A DNA stretch of 64,000 bases, from NCBI GenBank assembly GCA_051362555.1, contig CM120640.1:22196001-22260000 (forward strand), written 5' to 3'. Source of the stretch: Lingula anatina (lineage: Eukaryota; Animalia; Brachiopoda). The stretch's first letter is position 1; each line of letters opens with the position of its first letter. Position numbers and translations under genes: made by a program. Below the pieces are notes generated by a model, which was not told where the DNA came from, made no database searches, and saw nothing but the letters and a program-made list of their open reading frames with translations. Shown here in pieces: positions 59,726-64,000 of this stretch.

Positions 59726-60649
59726 TAAGACAAATACTATAATAATTTGTTTTACAAATATATTTGTATGGGCATTATCTTTGATAATGTGAAAAAAATG
59801 TCTGTCCTGTATTATAGAGGTCACTGCTAGTTAGTGTTAGCAGTCTGCTCTATAAAATTTGGACCTGATATATTAGTAAGCACTAAGGGACACCTTATAA
59901 GTCCATATTTCAGTGAAAATAAAGGCCTAACACTTGCAGAAAACATTGGGGCTTCCTTGTTGCTATGGGTGGAGGACATTTAATAAGCTGTAGTCGGGTT
60001 CTGTAAGTTGGCCCAGGTATGTTATATCCCTCGTAAGACGCCTGTACAGATATGATAACTTGGACCATCTATGTTGTTGCACAGTGCTATCAGAGATTTA
60101 GTTTATAAAAACTACCTGACTGGTATTGTGCACTTAAATTGGTATTAGTCATTTTTTAAAATAAAAGTGATAGATTGCTTAAGGTGAAATTCTGTGGCTT
60201 TTATCTTATCACCATAGCAATGTCAAAGAAATATGTACAGTGCTAAGTTTAAAATACACAAGAGGGGGTCAATAATTCAGATCAAATACCAGTAGGTCAG
60301 GAACATTATTGGTTATCAGGCACTAGACTTCAGACTGACACTTAATCCTTGATATAACACCTGCACTGGTACTTGTGTACTTCTAAAAAATGTAGTAAAT
60401 GCTTTAAACAGGAGAAGAGATGCAGGTTGGACAGTTAATGTCCGTTCTCCTACCTAGGAAAATGATTTGTTGCCTTTTTTGAAAACAATGTAAATTTATG
60501 AATACATATATATGTCTTGTTTTACATTAAAGTTAACAGTTTTAAGAAAATTAGAAAGTTAACTTGCTGTGAACATTGAAATTTATTTTGAAAAAACATA
60601 TGAATTGTGACTGGATATGCTATATTTTCAGGGTGCTCTGTGAGGTCTG

Positions 60650-63019
60650 ATGATGTGGGAGTCATTAAGTGACTATTTCAAGTCGACCAGGCAGTTCGTG
60701 TCCCGTGTGCTGTCCCTGGGGAGATCACCCACTGAGACAGTGGCAGAGAACATCCATGATGCTCTTGACTTACTACACAGAGATCTGCACAGGTGAGCTA
60801 CTACGTCACACATGGCATTTTAATTATGTCTCAAATCTTTTACTGTACTTAAATGCTTTTTTTTCTGTTTGGAAAAAAGATGAGTTGTAAGTGAATTATT
60901 TTTGTTTGAAAAGCTTATGTAAATTTTACCAGTTTCTTAGATGATGCAAAGACTATAGCAAAAGTATTAATCTAGATTTATAAAACATTCATGAAAAGTA
61001 GTAAGTTAAGGATATCTCTGTTTCAGATACCATATTTTGACAGATGAGACAGTGAAGAGTGTCATAGGTCTAGTTGAAGACTGTCCGGTCAGACAGAACA
61101 TTTTGGACATCACAGACAGCGAGGGTTATAACATCTTCCAGCTGGCAGTGGTCGCCAATAGTGCCAACCTTGTGGACTACTTGCTAAGTCGAGGTTATGA
61201 CCCAGATGCTGGCCGCTGCAGCCTCCCCCTCCACCTGGCCTGCCACCTTGGCCATACAGAGGTCACCAAGTTACTGCTCACCCATGGGGCTAAGGCAGGG
61301 CTGGAAGTTGGGATGTGTTACCCAAGGGTGCACAAGTGTGGCCAGTGGTCAGGATCCAAGTTCTTCTTCCTCAGTAAGTCAGCCCAGGAATGTTACATCC
61401 CTCCCAAGATGCCTGTACTGTATGCTGTGGAGAAGGATTATAAAGACGTGGTGAAGCTGATGTATACAAGCAGGAATGGTGAGGCAGCATGCTACAAGAA
61501 ACTGAACTTGTTACACCATGCCTGTAGATATGGTGCCCTAGAGTGTGCCAAGTATTTCTCAGAGGAACTGCCTGATCAGCTGGATGTGGTGGAAGACTCT
61601 GGGGAGACCCCTGCCTCCCTGATTGTTCCCTGGGGTTATAAGCATACTAGCTTTATGGTGAAATCTGGTGCTGATATCACAAAGAGAACTGCATCTGGTC
61701 AGTCTTTACTCCATGCACTGTTCTTGCACTCAAAGAAACCATTTGAGATGTATGACACAACAAAATTATTGTTAGGGAGTGGACTGGAGCAGCTAGTCAA
61801 TGTAACGGATAGTGCTGGTAATACTGCCTTGCACTATCTGGTGGAACATATCAACAGAGGTGTTGGGCGTGTCATCCCAGGCACAGGTGGCCTCCCCAAG
61901 TCAGACATTGTGGTACTTCAGAACCAGTACCAGGTAGAGGTACTGAGATGCTTGGATCTCATGTTCAGTCATAACTGTGATGCTGGTATTGTCAACAGCA
62001 TGGGTATGTCTGCTGCTGATAAACTGATACTCACTTTCAGTGTTGTTACAAATAATAACCTTCTTTTGGAAGGGACGGTTCCAGAGCCTGATTTTGATAT
62101 CTTATATGAAGCTTTAAGATACTTCACTCAGCATGCCATAACTAGTCAAGATTTTGTCTCTGTGGCTCTAGCAAGGATCATCCACTGTATAACCTGTACT
62201 GACATCAGCAGCATGCCCAGATATGCTGAGGGTTTCATGAAGTGCCTTGGCCTGTTGTGCCAGCATGGTGCCAACCCTAATATAATCCTCCCTGATGCCA
62301 GCCCAGTGATGGCGATGCTGGGAGACATTGCCAGGAAATGTGTGTCAGTTCAAGATTCAGGTGACAGGGAAGGTGTTGTGATTCTGAAACAAACAACTGC
62401 TATATTCATCAGTGATTTGTTGGCTCTACTGCTTGCCCACCAGCTCAACCCAAACTATACAACCCATCGCAGGGACAGCCATGAGGAAAGCAGCATCAAT
62501 GGCCTGTCTCAGTTCATCAAACTAGTGCCTTATATTAATGACCCAGAGGATCTTAAACTGCTGCACAGGTGGCTGCTCACCTTAATCCAGTATGGAGCTA
62601 ACCCTGATATTGAGCCGTATCCCTCAGAGCCCATCATTTGCCACTCCCAGAGCTCCATCTACCTAAAGCATAACCACACTCAGGCTGTCAACCAGTATGT
62701 CCACCATATCCAAGATTTCAGCATCTTTTTCCAGGGCAGCCATGCAGAGGAGCTGCTGATGTTATTCTACAATACCATGGACCACAGTGCCTTGTATCAG
62801 TGCCTGAGCACAGCCCGCCTGATGTCGCGATTCGATCCAGATCACCTTCCCAGCCAGGACTTTATTCATATGCTTAACACACTCACCTCTAACCCCAGGA
62901 CCTTGCAGCAGATGGCCAAAGTGGTTATTTACAAAGCTATTGACCGTAAGCTGGCCACCAAAGTGGACAAACTGCCCCTACCACCGAGACTTAAACGTTC
63001 CTTGATGAATGTGAATTGA
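60650..63019 (+). CDS. Ankyrin repeat and SOCS box-containing protein (ASB-like CRL5 substrate receptor), about 711 aa
   Basis: Exon 60650-60792 (MMWESLSDYF...LHRDLH, AG|gtgagc) splices in phase to tttcag|61027-63019. Ankyrin repeats (PLHLACHLGHTEVTKLLLTHGA, LLHHACRYGALECAKYF, DSAGNTALHYLV) and a C-terminal SOCS box PRTLQQMAKVVIYKAI...VDKLPLPPRLKRSL (BC box + LPLP Cul5 box). AATAAA signals at about 63893-63972. Confidence 0.9.
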
Positions 63020-64000
63020 ATGTTATTTATGCAGACTACTGTATATCTGTAGTTTATATATAACACATTTCATGTGTTGTTTGTGAAGTACCTGCAAAGT
63101 GGGTTGCTTTCAGTAAAATCTATTTGTTACCTTTTATTTTTTTTTTTACTCTAATTGTTTTTTTTTTCACCAAATTTCAGAGTGCTTATTACAATTGTAG
63201 CTTGAAAACTATGGCTTTTTAATCCTGTGCAATAATGTGTGAGCTTAGTCAAGCTTTCTTTAGTTTGCATTGTTACATCGTTGTATTAAGTGTACAGATT
63301 CTATTTTAACTCTTTATTTGGAGATATATTATTTCATCAGATTTTGAGAGAAAAGTGTTTCCAAACCTCTGATCATAGGTACCAGGGGTTGCATAAGCTT
63401 CACTCTTATACAGCTGTTTTAGTGTGTGTATTTCCCTTGGCACCAAGAGCAGTCATGTCTGAAGCTAACACAGTGTAGAGTACATTCTCAGCTTTCAGTG
63501 ATTAAGATACTGAAGATGCATTGGCATGGCTGTAAAGAGATATGCAATTTTAAAGTCTATGTCCTAGCTTCTGCACCTTCAGTTTTTTTAGTCAAGCATA
63601 GGACATTTTGCACGACTCCAGTGTAAACTCCTGTAAAACGAACAAATGTAAGATCTGTATTTTGGTAGTGCTTTTGATGGAAGAACTAATTTTTGAGATA
63701 GCAGTGTCATCATTGTCATTATTGTGTTCTTTTCTGGCACTCGGCTTGGATTTCAGTTTTAAAAGGAACACCAGGTTGTTGAAACAGTTTATTTGTACTT
63801 CAGGTTTTTACATTAAAACTTGAATAATATTTGAAATATTTTAAAAACAATGTTTAAATTTAGATTTAATTAAACTATGTGCAATGTCATTCAATAAAAT
63901 TTCTAAGACTGTTAACAATATTTTCAATAAACATTTAATAAGGCTTTTACCTTGACGCTTGGAATGAATAAATTATTTGAATACTTTGCTTCGTGTTCTC

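Overview
AT-rich eukaryotic genomic DNA with spliceosomal GT-AG introns. It is most consistent with an invertebrate, probably a bivalve mollusc (inference from composition, patchy CpG depletion and repeat types). I reconstructed five protein-coding genes by hand from splice sites and reading-frame phase. (1) The 3' part of WDTC1/adipose (+, 317-4822). (2) A small secreted 8-cysteine peptide precursor with an acidic C-terminal pro-region, missed by the ORF track (-, 7662-8466). (3) TMTC2 protein O-mannosyltransferase (-, 13943-40501, 13.7 kb intron after the first coding exon). (4) PYROXD1 (-, 44423-54991). (5) An ankyrin-repeat/SOCS-box protein (+, 60650-63019), head-to-head with PYROXD1 across a short putative bidirectional promoter. 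Four non-autonomous TIR elements with 3-bp TAA/TGA target-site duplications (PIF/Harbinger-type MITEs), a decayed LINE RT fragment and microsatellites are also present. The most novel-looking items are the cysteine-rich peptide precursor with its TATA/IRF-like promoter and a 108-bp tandem duplication in WDTC1 that creates a perfectly conserved in-frame 54-nt candidate exon.
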